A stretch of DNA of 64,000 bases from an uncultured virus (IMG/VR IMGVR_UViG_3300031269_000004) (IMGVR_UViG_3300031269_000004), one strand, 5' to 3'; positions 10,004 through 20,596 are shown, counted from the first letter of the stretch. Notes: generated by a model from the letters alone, not told the origin. Made by a program: numbers and translations.

Positions 10004-10759
10004 ATGAAAAAGCAAACAAAACGTGATATTTTTTTATCAGCTGGTCACAGCAATGTAAAGGGAAAAGATAGAGGTGCTGCAGGTAATGGCTATGTAGAAG
10101 GTGACCTAACAGTTGAATTTAGAGACTTAGTATTCAACTTTCTAACTGATGAATTTGGTTACTGCAACGTTGTTACTGATGACAACAGAAACTTTACATC
10201 TCAGACAATTAGACTTTTTAGAAATAAGACAAAGTCAAATTCTATTGTTGTCGACTTTCATTGGAATGCAGCAACACCAGCAGCAACAGGCACAGAGGTC
10301 CTTGTACCACACGACAGTACTGCTCTTGAAAACAGCCTAGCACTAAGCATAGCAAAGTCAATAGGAAGTATCCTGTCGATACCACTTAGAGGTAATCACC
10401 GCGGAAACAAAGGTGTTAAGTCCGAAATGGAATCACATCATGGCCGATTAGGTTGGATGCGCCTTACAGGAGAAAACGTCCTGCCTGAAATTTGCTTCAT
10501 CACAAATAAAAGTGATATGGAAAAGTATCAAGAGAATAAGGTAGAATTAGCAAGGGCTGTCGCAAAAGACATCTTGTCTGCTGCAACAACACCAGTTGCT
10601 AGCAATTCACCAACAAAGGACACTATGCATACTGTTAGTGGTGGTGACACCTTAGGCGCACTTGCAAATAGGTATAACACAACAGTTGCCAATATTAAAA
10701 TGTTAAATTCATTAACGACAGATATGATTTATGTTAATCAAGTCTTAAGGATTAAATAA
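10004..10759 (+). CDS. N-acetylmuramoyl-L-alanine amidase (Amidase_3) with C-terminal LysM; endolysin
   Basis: SAGH...E, FHWNA and EICFITN zinc/catalytic motifs; C-terminal HTVSGGDTLGALANRYNTTV...IYVNQVLRI LysM. Confidence 0.92.
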   Translation: MKKQTKRDIFLSAGHSNVKGKDRGAAGNGYVEGDLTVEFRDLVFNFLTDEFGYCNVVTDDNRNFTSQTIRLFRNKTKSNSIVVDFHWNAATPAATGTEVLVPHDSTALENSLALSIAKSIGSILSIPLRGNHRGNKGVKSEMESHHGRLGWMRLTGENVLPEICFITNKSDMEKYQENKVELARAVAKDILSAATTPVASNSPTKDTMHTVSGGDTLGALANRYNTTVANIKMLNSLTTDMIYVNQVLRIK

Positions 10760-10771
10760 AAAAAAAAAAGG

Positions 10772-12559
10772 ATGGCACAGACAATTTTTGACCCTAGGGT
10801 TCATAGTGAAATAGAAAGTGATGCTCCAACTGGAACAGTTTGGACTTCACAATCTGTGCAGTGGGCATTAGACGCAATACGAGTAGGTCAAAAATTAAAG
10901 GCTTCTCCGTTTTTTGAAAAGAATCCAGACTTAAGAAAAGGCAATCTAGTTTTCCAGTATAGTGACGCTGAAATATTAGAAGTTATCAAGTGTTCTAAGG
11001 ACATTATGTACTTCATTGAAAAATACTGTAAGATTAAAAGACCTGATGGTAAAATAGGTAATTTTAGACTTCGGCCTTATCAACTAAAGCAAATAAAAGA
11101 CTACATAGACAACGACGAAATTATACTTGGGTGGTCAAGACAAAGTGGTAAAACAATTGGTACTTCTTTGTATATTATATGGGCTATGCTATTTAATGCA
11201 GATAAACATGCTGCACTACTGGCTAATAAATCAAGTACATCTGGTGAAGTTTTGTCTAAAATTAAGTCTATTTATAAGGAGTTGCCATTTTTCCTAAAGG
11301 CTGGAATTATTGGTTACAATGGTAGTACTGTTGTATTCGACAATGGTTGTAGAATGTACACCGGACCAACAACTATTGATGCACTTAACGGTAAGACTTG
11401 TAACATACTTTATATTGATGAATTTGCATTTGTTGGTAAAGGTCGAAATAAAGTAGAATACCAAAAAGACTTTTTAGCCAATGCTAAGCCTGTCCTGTCT
11501 TCACAAAAAGAGTCAGGTTTGTGTAAACTTATAATTAGTTCAACACCATACGGTAAGGAACACTTTTTTACACTGTTTAACGACGCAATAAAAGGTAAAA
11601 ACCGAATGCGTGCAAGTAAAGTTTGTTGGTGGGAAATACCAGGCAAAACGCTTAAATGGGCTCAAGATGAAATAAGTTCAATTGGGCTTAGCAAATTTAA
11701 ACAGCAGTATGAAATGTCGTTTGATGTGCATGCTGAAACTTTACTTGCTGCTAAGACTATGCGTAGACTAATGAAGCAAAAGACAGATTACGTATCTGAT
11801 CAATTTGATATTCTTTCGAATTATGAAGAGTTTCTATATGTTCATCCTGAGGTAGAAATTGATCCTGATGTAGACGTGTTTTGCTTAACTGTTGATATCG
11901 CAGAAGGTTTAGGTCAAGATTACAGCACGATTCAAATACTTAGAGTCGGTTTTAACGAAAAAACGAGTAAGTTTTTATATGAGCAAATTGGCTTTTTTGC
12001 ATGCAACACACTCGAAATCAGTGAATTTGCACTTGTTGCCCGTGAACTATTCGCAGCATTGAATCCAGACTATAGCAAACTATTGGTCGAACAAAATACA
12101 TACGGCGAATATTTCTTTAAATGTTTGCAGGATGAAACAACATCAACTATCGAGGTTCCTTTTGAATCTATTGTTAAGTTTAAGCGAAATTCTGACTCAA
12201 ATAAGAAAATAAAAGGTCTTAGAACTAACGTTGAGGTTAAAAAAGTAGGTGTTAAATCGTTTAAGACTTTACTAGACAATCAAGATATGATTATCCACGA
12301 CGCCACAACTATAGAAGAAATTGAAAATTTCCAAAGAAACAGCAAAGGTAACTATGCTGCATCAATCGGACATGACGATAAGGTAATGCCATTAGTAAAC
12401 TTTTCTTATTGGGCTCAGTTAAACGAACCAGAATTTCAATTTTGGCTTGAAGAATATGTGGCACTAAACGAAATACAATATAGACACCCATCCGACATAG
12501 AAAATGAAGACATGTCTGGCCTATCGGAAGAAGTAAAACAAATGCTAAAAAGCGTATAA
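10772..12559 (+). CDS. terL: Terminase large subunit (T4 gp17-like)
   Basis: LRPYQ, Walker A SRQSGKT, Walker B LYIDEFAF, SSTP, RNase H-like VDIAEGLGQDYS and GHDDKVM. Confidence 0.95.
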   Translation: MAQTIFDPRVHSEIESDAPTGTVWTSQSVQWALDAIRVGQKLKASPFFEKNPDLRKGNLVFQYSDAEILEVIKCSKDIMYFIEKYCKIKRPDGKIGNFRLRPYQLKQIKDYIDNDEIILGWSRQSGKTIGTSLYIIWAMLFNADKHAALLANKSSTSGEVLSKIKSIYKELPFFLKAGIIGYNGSTVVFDNGCRMYTGPTTIDALNGKTCNILYIDEFAFVGKGRNKVEYQKDFLANAKPVLSSQKESGLCKLIISSTPYGKEHFFTLFNDAIKGKNRMRASKVCWWEIPGKTLKWAQDEISSIGLSKFKQQYEMSFDVHAETLLAAKTMRRLMKQKTDYVSDQFDILSNYEEFLYVHPEVEIDPDVDVFCLTVDIAEGLGQDYSTIQILRVGFNEKTSKFLYEQIGFFACNTLEISEFALVARELFAALNPDYSKLLVEQNTYGEYFFKCLQDETTSTIEVPFESIVKFKRNSDSNKKIKGLRTNVEVKKVGVKSFKTLLDNQDMIIHDATTIEEIENFQRNSKGNYAASIGHDDKVMPLVNFSYWAQLNEPEFQFWLEEYVALNEIQYRHPSDIENEDMSGLSEEVKQMLKSV

Positions 12560-13066
12560 ATGAAGCACATTGAGTATCGAAGTCACCATCAATTTACAAT
12601 TGGGCATGACGAATCAGAAAAATTAGAATTTGAGATTGTTAGTACTGATAGGTTTAGGCCTCAACTAGGACTTAGTGCAATTGCTAGTAGCGGTCGTTCT
12701 GTTAATGATGCTAATCGACTATACGAAATGGTTAGGTCGGGCATAACAAAAAGCATTAGTGGTCAACAGCAACCGGTACAATTGACGATAAAACTGAATG
12801 TACTAGTTAATACAAAACCAGAAACAAAAAGCTATGACATATCAAACAGCATTTTTACAAGTTTTGACAGTAAAATAATACTGTTTGATCTTGTGCCTGC
12901 TGGTTCAACCAGTTCAATAACTGCTCAACTAGCAAATGGTGACACTGTAGTGCTTGCTGATGGGCTTAACTGCACTCTGTTTATCATAACGTCTCAACTT
13001 AGAAAAGTTCAAATAAGTGACATTGTCCTTACGCTTAAGAAAAATAAGGGCTTAATTTACACATAA
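12560..13066 (+). CDS. Hypothetical protein
   Basis: 168-aa ORF abutting terL. Confidence 0.65.
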   Translation: MKHIEYRSHHQFTIGHDESEKLEFEIVSTDRFRPQLGLSAIASSGRSVNDANRLYEMVRSGITKSISGQQQPVQLTIKLNVLVNTKPETKSYDISNSIFTSFDSKIILFDLVPAGSTSSITAQLANGDTVVLADGLNCTLFIITSQLRKVQISDIVLTLKKNKGLIYT

Positions 13067-13167
13067 GTCACTATTTTAAATTGCATTGGACAAAAAAATG
13101 ATGCCAATTTTCAATAATGAATACATATTCTAAAATAACAAATAATTAATTTAAAATACAAACGAAC

Positions 13168-16100
13168 ATGGCTTTACCGTCTCAATTAACAAGATTTAAG
13201 GCGCCGGGTGTTAAATTCATCACTGATGTTGTTGAATCTACACCAACGGCTGAAGCTCCGCAAGGAGCAAGAGTCTTAGTTATTAACAGTCGCAAAGGTT
13301 CAGTTAATTCTTTAATTTTAGTACGCACAGAAAACGAATATTTTTCAATATTTGATAGTGTTTCTGATGCTGATGAAAGAAGAGGTAACTGGTCTGCAAG
13401 AAGTGCATCATATATGTTGGCCATTGGTCCAATTTATGTAATAAACCTTCGGACTTTTGATAATGAAATCGACCTTGCTGGCTTGCAAGAGTTGTCAACT
13501 GTTGCAAATGTCGTAAATGGCACAGCAAAACAAGTACCTTATACTTCATTGTATAATACTCAACAGTTTTGGAAAATAGACCCTAGTCAACTACTGTCTC
13601 AAACAAACACAGACAAACTATTAACTTTTGCAAATATTGGTGTATCTAGTCTATCAGTTTTCGTCAGAAAATCTAGACAACCTGCACTGTCTACATTAAC
13701 GTTTGAGCGTTGGTACACTACATTAGGAAGAGAAATGCCTGCATATCTTTTACCTCAAGATAAAGTATCAGACTACGTCGTAGATGTTATGATATTCGAA
13801 AACAAATTTGATGCAAGTTCTGCTGCAAATGCAAGTTATGGTTTTTGTTTCAATACAGACGGTACAGTAAAAGACACAGTAGTAAACGGAAGTGGTCAAA
13901 CTGTTGATGCACTTACTCAATTGTCTAGACTACCTGAATCTGGCTTTATGTCAACCGTTACTGGTTCTTTAGTTCAAGGCTTTACCGATGAATTTGGCAC
14001 ACCATTTGATATTGTACGTTCAGTTAATGAACTAGTACAACAAACTGGATTGGTTGCAAAACTAAATGATGAGTTGTTTGATGAGGCTGCAATTTGGTCA
14101 CCTGGCGAAACAGTACTGTCAAACGGACAGAAAAAACCAGTACCTGTTGATTTTGCTGGGCACACAATGTGTAACATTACATCAACTGGTACGTTCGACC
14201 TTACTGCATTTACTGCACTATCTGATGTACTTGCTGCTTCATATAGCTTTGCTGTAACAGCTGGTGAAATTAAACAAACATTCGATACATTCGATCAATT
14301 GCCTAGAACAACAGATGAAAACTCTACTGTTCTTGCACATACTGCACAGTTTGAATCAGTAATGGTTGGTTCAGAACGCACAGCAAATAGAAGCAAGGTC
14401 TTTGTCATTGACAATATTAGACCTGACCTTGGTGATCGTTATGTTTCTGTTGATGGTAACTTAGCATCAATTATTGCAGTAAACGTAATTGGTGAAATTG
14501 ACAAAATATGGGGATATGGTACAGTTTTGGCACCAGTTCAACCATACGGTGATGACACAGACTTTGCACAATCTCATGATTGGGAAGATGCAGACGGTCA
14601 GGACTCTACGTTTACATACGCGAACGCAGGTGTTGCATTTCCATTAGATGGCGGTGGAGATTACTTTGTATACCCAGCAGACCATGTCCTAACAGGCTTA
14701 CCGCTTATGTTTGATACTGCAACAGGCGCAGTAGTACATAATCCAATAGTAGCAAACGTTGGAGATTATACTGCACAAACTGTTGATGGTACTACATATC
14801 CATTAGACTTTACTGACCTACCAATTGCATATGCCCCAACTGGAACTAGTCAACTTATAACCTTAACTGACATAAGCAAAGCAAGAGTACAGGATGACGA
14901 TGCTACAAATACGACAACTAAATATCAAGCATTGTTAACAAGGTTTGGTGTAAAGGAATCAGTATTCACAGTAACTTTTGATAAGCAGCTAGTTGCAAAT
15001 TCAGATCAAGGACAAGGTGTTAATACAAAGTTTGATCCAATTTCTAATACTGGCAATAACATAGAATTAACTAGTGGCCAGTTGGTTGCAACATATCAAG
15101 CAGCACAGCATATATTTAAGGTTAACTCTTTTGACAATTCAGTTGATCAATTTGTACCAACTAACCTAAAGGCATACACTGCACGTACTGCCCAATTTTT
15201 AGACGGTACTGCTACTAGACAAAACGATATTCTTGACCTTTTGTTAGGCGACCTTAAAGGCGCACTTGCAAACCAAGACCTATTTAGTTTTAACTATATT
15301 GTAGATGGCTTCAAGTCATACATTGAACCAAACGTTAAAAGTCAATTAAAAGAAGTTGCTGCAGCCCGAATCTTATGTCGAGCAATCTATAGCATGCCTT
15401 CAATTTATGACTTTCAAAGATCAACCAATCCATATTTTAGAAGTAGAATAGATGGTCGATTTGAACCTCGTTTTATTGCACTTGGTGGTAACTTACAATT
15501 ACCGTACTCTAACTCGTTTAGTTTACCGAGCGAAAACGGTTACTATGCTTATGGTTTCGGACCTAACATCTTATTGTCTGACGGTAAACTGATGCCACCT
15601 GCTGCATTAGTTAGTAACCTATTTGCTAGAAAATACACTAATGGCGCACCGTATGCTACGCTTGCTGGTCCTGGAGAAGGCTCAATAACTGGTAGTGGTG
15701 TTGCAGGTGTTGAATATGTTTTTAACGAAAGCAATGACGGTAATGGTGACAGAGATTTCTTAGACCCATTTGGTTACAATGTTATATTACGTAAGACTGC
15801 AACAGGTTTGCAAATATACGGTAATAGAACATCAAACAATACTGTTGAATCAGCTCTTAGTTCAATACATACTTCTGAAATTGTAATGTATATTCAAGAA
15901 AGAGTTAAGTCACTATTAGAAAGGTTTGTATTCAAATACAACACTGCTCAAAATAGATTAGTCATTAAAGAAGAAGCAGATGGTATATGTGCTGAACCTC
16001 TTGGTGATGGTGCTATTTCTGGTTTTACTAATCAAATGGATGACCTTAACAACACTGGCGAAGTTATACGTAATAGAATTGGTATTTTAGATACTAAAAT

Positions 16101-16185
16101 TATTGCTAACAACGGTATGGAAATACTTGTTCATAGAACAACAATCGATACTGAAACTAACACGGCACAGTTCGAAGTATTGTAA
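13168..16185 (+). CDS. Tail sheath protein
   Basis: N-terminal APGV motif; C-terminal sheath signature (RDFLDPFGYNVI, IYGNRT, SALSSIH, FVFKYNTAQNR, MDDLNNTGEVIRN). Confidence 0.9.
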   Translation: MALPSQLTRFKAPGVKFITDVVESTPTAEAPQGARVLVINSRKGSVNSLILVRTENEYFSIFDSVSDADERRGNWSARSASYMLAIGPIYVINLRTFDNEIDLAGLQELSTVANVVNGTAKQVPYTSLYNTQQFWKIDPSQLLSQTNTDKLLTFANIGVSSLSVFVRKSRQPALSTLTFERWYTTLGREMPAYLLPQDKVSDYVVDVMIFENKFDASSAANASYGFCFNTDGTVKDTVVNGSGQTVDALTQLSRLPESGFMSTVTGSLVQGFTDEFGTPFDIVRSVNELVQQTGLVAKLNDELFDEAAIWSPGETVLSNGQKKPVPVDFAGHTMCNITSTGTFDLTAFTALSDVLAASYSFAVTAGEIKQTFDTFDQLPRTTDENSTVLAHTAQFESVMVGSERTANRSKVFVIDNIRPDLGDRYVSVDGNLASIIAVNVIGEIDKIWGYGTVLAPVQPYGDDTDFAQSHDWEDADGQDSTFTYANAGVAFPLDGGGDYFVYPADHVLTGLPLMFDTATGAVVHNPIVANVGDYTAQTVDGTTYPLDFTDLPIAYAPTGTSQLITLTDISKARVQDDDATNTTTKYQALLTRFGVKESVFTVTFDKQLVANSDQGQGVNTKFDPISNTGNNIELTSGQLVATYQAAQHIFKVNSFDNSVDQFVPTNLKAYTARTAQFLDGTATRQNDILDLLLGDLKGALANQDLFSFNYIVDGFKSYIEPNVKSQLKEVAAARILCRAIYSMPSIYDFQRSTNPYFRSRIDGRFEPRFIALGGNLQLPYSNSFSLPSENGYYAYGFGPNILLSDGKLMPPAALVSNLFARKYTNGAPYATLAGPGEGSITGSGVAGVEYVFNESNDGNGDRDFLDPFGYNVILRKTATGLQIYGNRTSNNTVESALSSIHTSEIVMYIQERVKSLLERFVFKYNTAQNRLVIKEEADGICAEPLGDGAISGFTNQMDDLNNTGEVIRNRIGILDTKIIANNGMEILVHRTTIDTETNTAQFEVL

Positions 16186-16195
16186 AATAATAAAC

Positions 16196-16226
16196 AAGCA
16201 GTCTAGCGCATTGCTAGACTGCTTTT
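16196..16226 (+). terminator. Rho-independent terminator
   Basis: AAGCAGTCTAGC-GCATT-GCTAGACTGCTT-TT. Confidence 0.8.
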
Positions 16227-16239
16227 AATTTAAACACAA

Positions 16240-16452
16240 ATGAAAAATTTAAAAGAATTCACAATTGAAAGCTTAGCTGACATTGAAGAGTCAGTAACAA
16301 AAAAGCCCGGTGTAAAAAAGCCCGGTGTAAAAAAGCCCGGTGTAAAAAAGCCTGAAAGTAAAGCTAAAAAATACGCTAAGAGTAAAGCTAAATCGGCAGG
16401 TAAATCGATTGGTAATTTTGCTAAGTCATTAGCAAACGACAGTCACGTATAA
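16240..16452 (+). CDS. Small basic protein with CTS-like leader and (KKPGV)3 repeat; possible internal head or DNA-condensing protein
   Basis: MKNLKEFTIES start; 15-bp tandem repeat AAAAAGCCCGGTGTA x3; Lys-rich. Confidence 0.55.
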   Translation: MKNLKEFTIESLADIEESVTKKPGVKKPGVKKPGVKKPESKAKKYAKSKAKSAGKSIGNFAKSLANDSHV

Positions 16453-16471
16453 CAAAATAATATCATACTAG

Positions 16472-16696
16472 ATGAAGAAAATTAGTGTAATTTTAGAAAG
16501 TCAAACTCAGGCTATAATAATTGAACGCATTAGTACTGCAAAGCAATTTACTGCTTTTGTCCACGAAAAGCTAAAACTAACTAAAGGCTATACTGAAACT
16601 AGTGCTAGAATGATTGCCGAAGACTTGTTAGACATGTATCCTGACAATTTCAAAAAGGCTGCTGCCAGTTTAGCAAATTTTCAGATGGGCAGCTAG
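16472..16696 (+). CDS. Hypothetical protein
   Basis: 74-aa ORF; MKKISVILES start weakly resembles the leader. Confidence 0.55.
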   Translation: MKKISVILESQTQAIIIERISTAKQFTAFVHEKLKLTKGYTETSARMIAEDLLDMYPDNFKKAAASLANFQMGS

Positions 16697-16698
16697 AA

Positions 16699-17124
16699 TT
16701 GCAGGCTGCCCTAAATACAGAAAATTGTCTACCTATCGAAAGCGATCCCGAAATGCTTGGTACATTCACGCATTTAGATGCGATAAGTGGATTTGTTAAA
16801 CTATACGATGCTTGGTTGTCAGAAAATTCTGAAACTTGGCATAGTAAAGAACTTAAAAAGTCTCTTGACTCTATTGTTAAGTATATTGATCAACTGGCAT
16901 CATACATTTCAGTTGCACATAACGAAATAGAAATTCAAGTCAACGTTGATAGTGCTGCCCTAACGGGCAAGCAATTTGCTACTATTATTAAGAGAACAGA
17001 AGAGTGGAAAGCACTAAAGAAATGGTTAAAGACGGAAATGGCACTAAACAATCAGCCAGTATCAGTAGAAGCAATAGTTAGATGTATTATTGCAGAGACT
17101 AAAAAGTTTGTTAAGAAAGTCTAA
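16699..17124 (+). CDS. Hypothetical protein
   Basis: ORF between sheath and tube genes; start uncertain. Confidence 0.55.
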   Translation: MQAALNTENCLPIESDPEMLGTFTHLDAISGFVKLYDAWLSENSETWHSKELKKSLDSIVKYIDQLASYISVAHNEIEIQVNVDSAALTGKQFATIIKRTEEWKALKKWLKTEMALNNQPVSVEAIVRCIIAETKKFVKKV

Positions 17125-17169
17125 GTATATATACACTAAATAATAAACAACAATAAAAAACACAAATAT

Positions 17170-17712
17170 ATGTTATCACACATTAGAAACTCAGAAGCCG
17201 GAAGACGCTCATATGAGGCTGTAACCGACAATATGTTTAAGGTTACTATAATACCGCCAGTTGGTGTTGTTGGTAGTGAACTTTTAACTGAACAGGTTAT
17301 TAATTGCACAGGATGGCGTGTGCCGGGACCTGAAGGCGTACAACAAATGTTTCAGCAGTCTCGTAGAAACTACGCCAGCACAGATGTTGACGACACCCAA
17401 ACAATTTCAATGACTTTTGAATTGAACTTAAATGATCAATTCCAAAACTACGTTTACAACACAATTATGACTTGGCGTTCAGCAGTTAGAAACCCATTTA
17501 CCGGTGAACGAGGTCTGAAAAAAGACTACATTGGCACAATCATAATTGAAAGTTATGCTGCCGATGGTACAATATTTTGGGTTCGTAAACTTAAAAATGC
17601 ATTTCCGTCCGGTGAATTAAGTTCTATTGGTCAAAATGACGTTAGTAACGCAGAGCCTGTTAAGTTAGAGCAAACATTTATATGCGATTACTATGAAGAG
17701 CAAAGACTATAA
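17170..17712 (+). CDS. Tail tube protein (T4 gp19-like)
   Basis: 180 aa after the sheath; W..AVRNPFTGERGLKKDYIG, NAFPS and F.CDYY features typical of gp19-like tubes. Confidence 0.85.
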   Translation: MLSHIRNSEAGRRSYEAVTDNMFKVTIIPPVGVVGSELLTEQVINCTGWRVPGPEGVQQMFQQSRRNYASTDVDDTQTISMTFELNLNDQFQNYVYNTIMTWRSAVRNPFTGERGLKKDYIGTIIIESYAADGTIFWVRKLKNAFPSGELSSIGQNDVSNAEPVKLEQTFICDYYEEQRL

Positions 17713-17737
17713 AAAGCATAAAAAATAATTTGCAATT

Positions 17738-17768
17738 AAAAACCAGTCACGAGTTGTGACTGGTTTTT
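17738..17768 (+). terminator. Rho-independent terminator
   Basis: AAAAACCAGTCAC-GAGTT-GTGACTGGTTTTT. Confidence 0.85.
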
Positions 17769-17790
17769 CGTGCACTAAAAAAGAAACATT

Positions 17791-18111
17791 ATGAACAGAA
17801 AAAAACCGTTAATTAAAGGGTCAGAAAAAAAATCAGGCAAGACTGGTCTTATGTCAGGTAGAAAGTCAAACATGTCTACAAGAGGTGAACAGAAAACCGT
17901 CGACACTAATGGTGACAATCCATGGCTAAATAGACAGCCAATCAACAATTCAACTATGGATTGGTTCAATAAAAGAAACGAAAGTGGCAAGACTGATAAT
18001 GAAGAACTTAAGCATAGGGATACTGACAAAAGAAAGCTAAACATTATGAATAATGAAGAGTGGGCAATGGCTAACAATAGATTCGGTCGATACAATAAAG
18101 GAAGACAATAA
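17791..18111 (+). CDS. Hypothetical basic hydrophilic protein
   Basis: 106-aa ORF. Confidence 0.55.
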   Translation: MNRKKPLIKGSEKKSGKTGLMSGRKSNMSTRGEQKTVDTNGDNPWLNRQPINNSTMDWFNKRNESGKTDNEELKHRDTDKRKLNIMNNEEWAMANNRFGRYNKGRQ

Positions 18112-18171
18112 TTACTGTTTTTACTACTATGATATATATTTTAATTATATGAAACTTATATAAAAAATGAT

Positions 18172-18465
18172 ATGAAACGATGCTATACAGTAGCAAAGCC
18201 TGCAATGTCTAACATTATCTGTGGTGTGTGTACGAATAGAAAAACACTTTTTAAATTGTTGCAGCTCGCAGCAAACAAAAGTTCAGCAACATTAGCATTT
18301 GATGGCGTTTTGAAATATGAAACTAAAAAGTTTAATTATTTTAATTTAGGCACACTAATTAATAATCTTAATGTTAATGAATCGTTTGGCGTTAAGTTTA
18401 CAACAGTTAAAAACACAAAAATTTACGAAGTCACGATTAAATCATACAATAACTTAGAACTTTAG
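18172..18465 (+). CDS. Hypothetical protein
   Basis: 97-aa ORF. Confidence 0.55.
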   Translation: MKRCYTVAKPAMSNIICGVCTNRKTLFKLLQLAANKSSATLAFDGVLKYETKKFNYFNLGTLINNLNVNESFGVKFTTVKNTKIYEVTIKSYNNLEL

Positions 18466-18476
18466 AACTACAATTT

Positions 18477-19403
18477 ATGGAAACAACAAACAGTAAACCG
18501 ACGTCAGGCGACGCAAAAATGTCTGCACTTACAAAGTCTGAACAAGGATTAGGCAGCGTAAGACAAGAAGAGCCACTATCCGTGGTTGGTTCTTGGATTG
18601 ATTTTGATAGAGAAAAAATATCATATGGCAGTCAATTATACAGTCCACAATACAGATTTCAAATCAGCCCTGCTAAAACAGCGACAATCAAGTATTTTAG
18701 TTCATTAGACGAAAATAACCCAATGTCTATTAATGATGCCCTAACATATGTCATTAAGCATCACGTTAGAGTTTTAGAAGGTAAAAAGCAATTGGACCCT
18801 TTAGACGTAATTTTAGAACACGATAGATTGTTTTTTGTCCTAGTCGTGCATGCATATTCAGGTGCAAGCACATCGTTAACCTTTAAAAAACGATGTGGTA
18901 ACGATCAATGCAAAAACTTGCATGATATTAGCATTACTGCATACAACTTACAGTTTAAAGAGCTGACAGAACAGGCAGAAAGATGGCTAAATCCAAAAAC
19001 AGGCCTGTTTTCAGTTGAGACAAAAACAATGGGTAATCGATTTTATCGACCTCTAACTCTCACTGAATCCATAGAATTGATGGAATTCTTAATGGAGTCT
19101 AGAAGAGAAGAAGTTGAAATAGACAAATCATTTCTTAGACTTGCTGCATTTTTTATGTTAGACAGAAAACCTAACGAAACAATGGACCAGTTGTATCAAA
19201 GATATATGAAAACAACGTCGAGTCCAAAGGAATTATCATTGCTTTTAAAAATAGAATCTGCTGTTACAGCAGAACAAAAATTAGAAGTTTTGTCTGACTG
19301 TCCAAAATGCAAACGGCCCTTTCGCTCACCGATATCGTCCATTGCAGGACTCAGAGATATTTTCTTTGTTCACGATATCGATGACGAATTATCTATCGAC
19401 TAA
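18477..19403 (+). CDS. Baseplate hub assembly protein (T4 gp26-like)
   Basis: DRLFFVL motif, two Cys pairs (CGNDQC and CPKC), C-terminal GLRDIFF; between tube and tape measure. Confidence 0.65.
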   Translation: METTNSKPTSGDAKMSALTKSEQGLGSVRQEEPLSVVGSWIDFDREKISYGSQLYSPQYRFQISPAKTATIKYFSSLDENNPMSINDALTYVIKHHVRVLEGKKQLDPLDVILEHDRLFFVLVVHAYSGASTSLTFKKRCGNDQCKNLHDISITAYNLQFKELTEQAERWLNPKTGLFSVETKTMGNRFYRPLTLTESIELMEFLMESRREEVEIDKSFLRLAAFFMLDRKPNETMDQLYQRYMKTTSSPKELSLLLKIESAVTAEQKLEVLSDCPKCKRPFRSPISSIAGLRDIFFVHDIDDELSID

Positions 19404-19599
19404 AAGACAGCTGCAAAAACACGACGGTTTTGACCCAGTATCTATTGACAGTCTACCATACTACGAATTTATTCAATATCAAATTGAATTAGGAAAAGAC
19501 TTGGAAGCACAAAGACGACAACAAGAAGAACAGCGTCAAAGTCAAAAAGATACAGCAAAGCCAAATTACACAAAACCAAAATTTAAAAAACTAAAATGA
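19381..19599 (+). CDS. Baseplate hub assembly chaperone (T4 gp51-like)
   Basis: Overlaps the gp26-like gene; IDSLPYYEFIQY followed by a coiled coil. Confidence 0.55.
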   Translation: MTNYLSTKRQLQKHDGFDPVSIDSLPYYEFIQYQIELGKDLEAQRRQQEEQRQSQKDTAKPNYTKPKFKKLK

Positions 19600-19656
19600 T
19601 AAAGGGCGCATACATTATTACATGAATGCGCCACTTTTAGTTACAAAAAACTAGTT

Positions 19657-20244
19657 ATGATTAAGAACGATATAATACTTTTCGGTAAACCTGGCGCAGG
19701 TAAAGGCACATTGGCTAAATTAATAACTAAAGGTGACACTGCAGTTTATCATCTTTCAACCGGTGACCTGTTTAGACAAAACATGACAGCTAAGTCAAAA
19801 CTAGGTATAGAAATTGATGCAGTTATGAAATCAGGTGAATTGGTTGACGATGAATTAACAATAGCAGTTGTTGAAGATTGGCTAATTAACAGTAATAAGC
19901 ATGAATTCATAATTTTTGATGGCTTTCCTAGAACAGAAAGACAACTAGATTGGCTTTTGCAGTTCTATGTCGATCTGGATATGACATTCCCTATTATGTT
20001 TGAACTTGAAGTTGAAGACACAACAGCAATGTCAAGAATTAGCAAACGCGCAATGAATGAACAGCGACCAGAAGACATGACTGAAAAGTCTAAGTCAAAT
20101 AGAATTCGTGCATACGAAAAACAAACTGCAGATATAAAGGATAAGTTTATGGAAACTGTTGATAGTCCATGCTATACGCTACAGGTTGACAACTTAGAGC
20201 CTCAAAAAGTATACCGCGAGTTTATGAAAACTATAACTATTTAA
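19657..20244 (+). CDS. adk: Adenylate kinase
   Basis: GKPGAGKGT P-loop, HLSTGDLFR, GELVDDE, FDGFPRT. Confidence 0.95.
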   Translation: MIKNDIILFGKPGAGKGTLAKLITKGDTAVYHLSTGDLFRQNMTAKSKLGIEIDAVMKSGELVDDELTIAVVEDWLINSNKHEFIIFDGFPRTERQLDWLLQFYVDLDMTFPIMFELEVEDTTAMSRISKRAMNEQRPEDMTEKSKSNRIRAYEKQTADIKDKFMETVDSPCYTLQVDNLEPQKVYREFMKTITI

Positions 20245-20299
20245 TTTGGAGACCAAAGTTACCGCTTGTCTTTACATAATACATATATAAATAACGACT

Positions 20300-20587
20300 A
20301 TGAATATCAGCAAAATTAAAACAAGCCTACACTCTAGACTAAGCTCTAGACGGGTACACTATGACTGTTTTGTTTTCGTTGACGGTTCAGTCGTAGTCAT
20401 TACGTATATGCAAGGGCAAAGGGCATCAATGTCTTTACCGTACACAATAAAACCTACATCAGACGGCAATATTATTTTGTCTTCTTTTGACAAGTCAAAT
20501 GAGGTTAAAAGTGAGCAAACAGCAGTATCGTTAATAATTAACGACTTAAAACGTAAAATGGGTAGATTCAAGCAATACCTTTCATAA
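20300..20587 (+). CDS. Hypothetical protein
   Basis: 95-aa ORF after a late-type motif. Confidence 0.55.
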   Translation: MNISKIKTSLHSRLSSRRVHYDCFVFVDGSVVVITYMQGQRASMSLPYTIKPTSDGNIILSSFDKSNEVKSEQTAVSLIINDLKRKMGRFKQYLS

Positions 20588-20596
20588 CAAAAATAT

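Noticed and set aside
10756..10769. Poly-A tracts as phase-variation switches (also near 37990 and 54786)
   Set aside because: They are intergenic A-rich leaders typical of this genome. Length change would not shift a frame, and homopolymer length may be a sequencing artefact.
19340..19403. Programmed frameshift joining 18477 and 19381 (tail chaperone style)
   Set aside because: No convincing X XXY YYZ slippery site was found; a separate ATG at 19381 explains the overlap.
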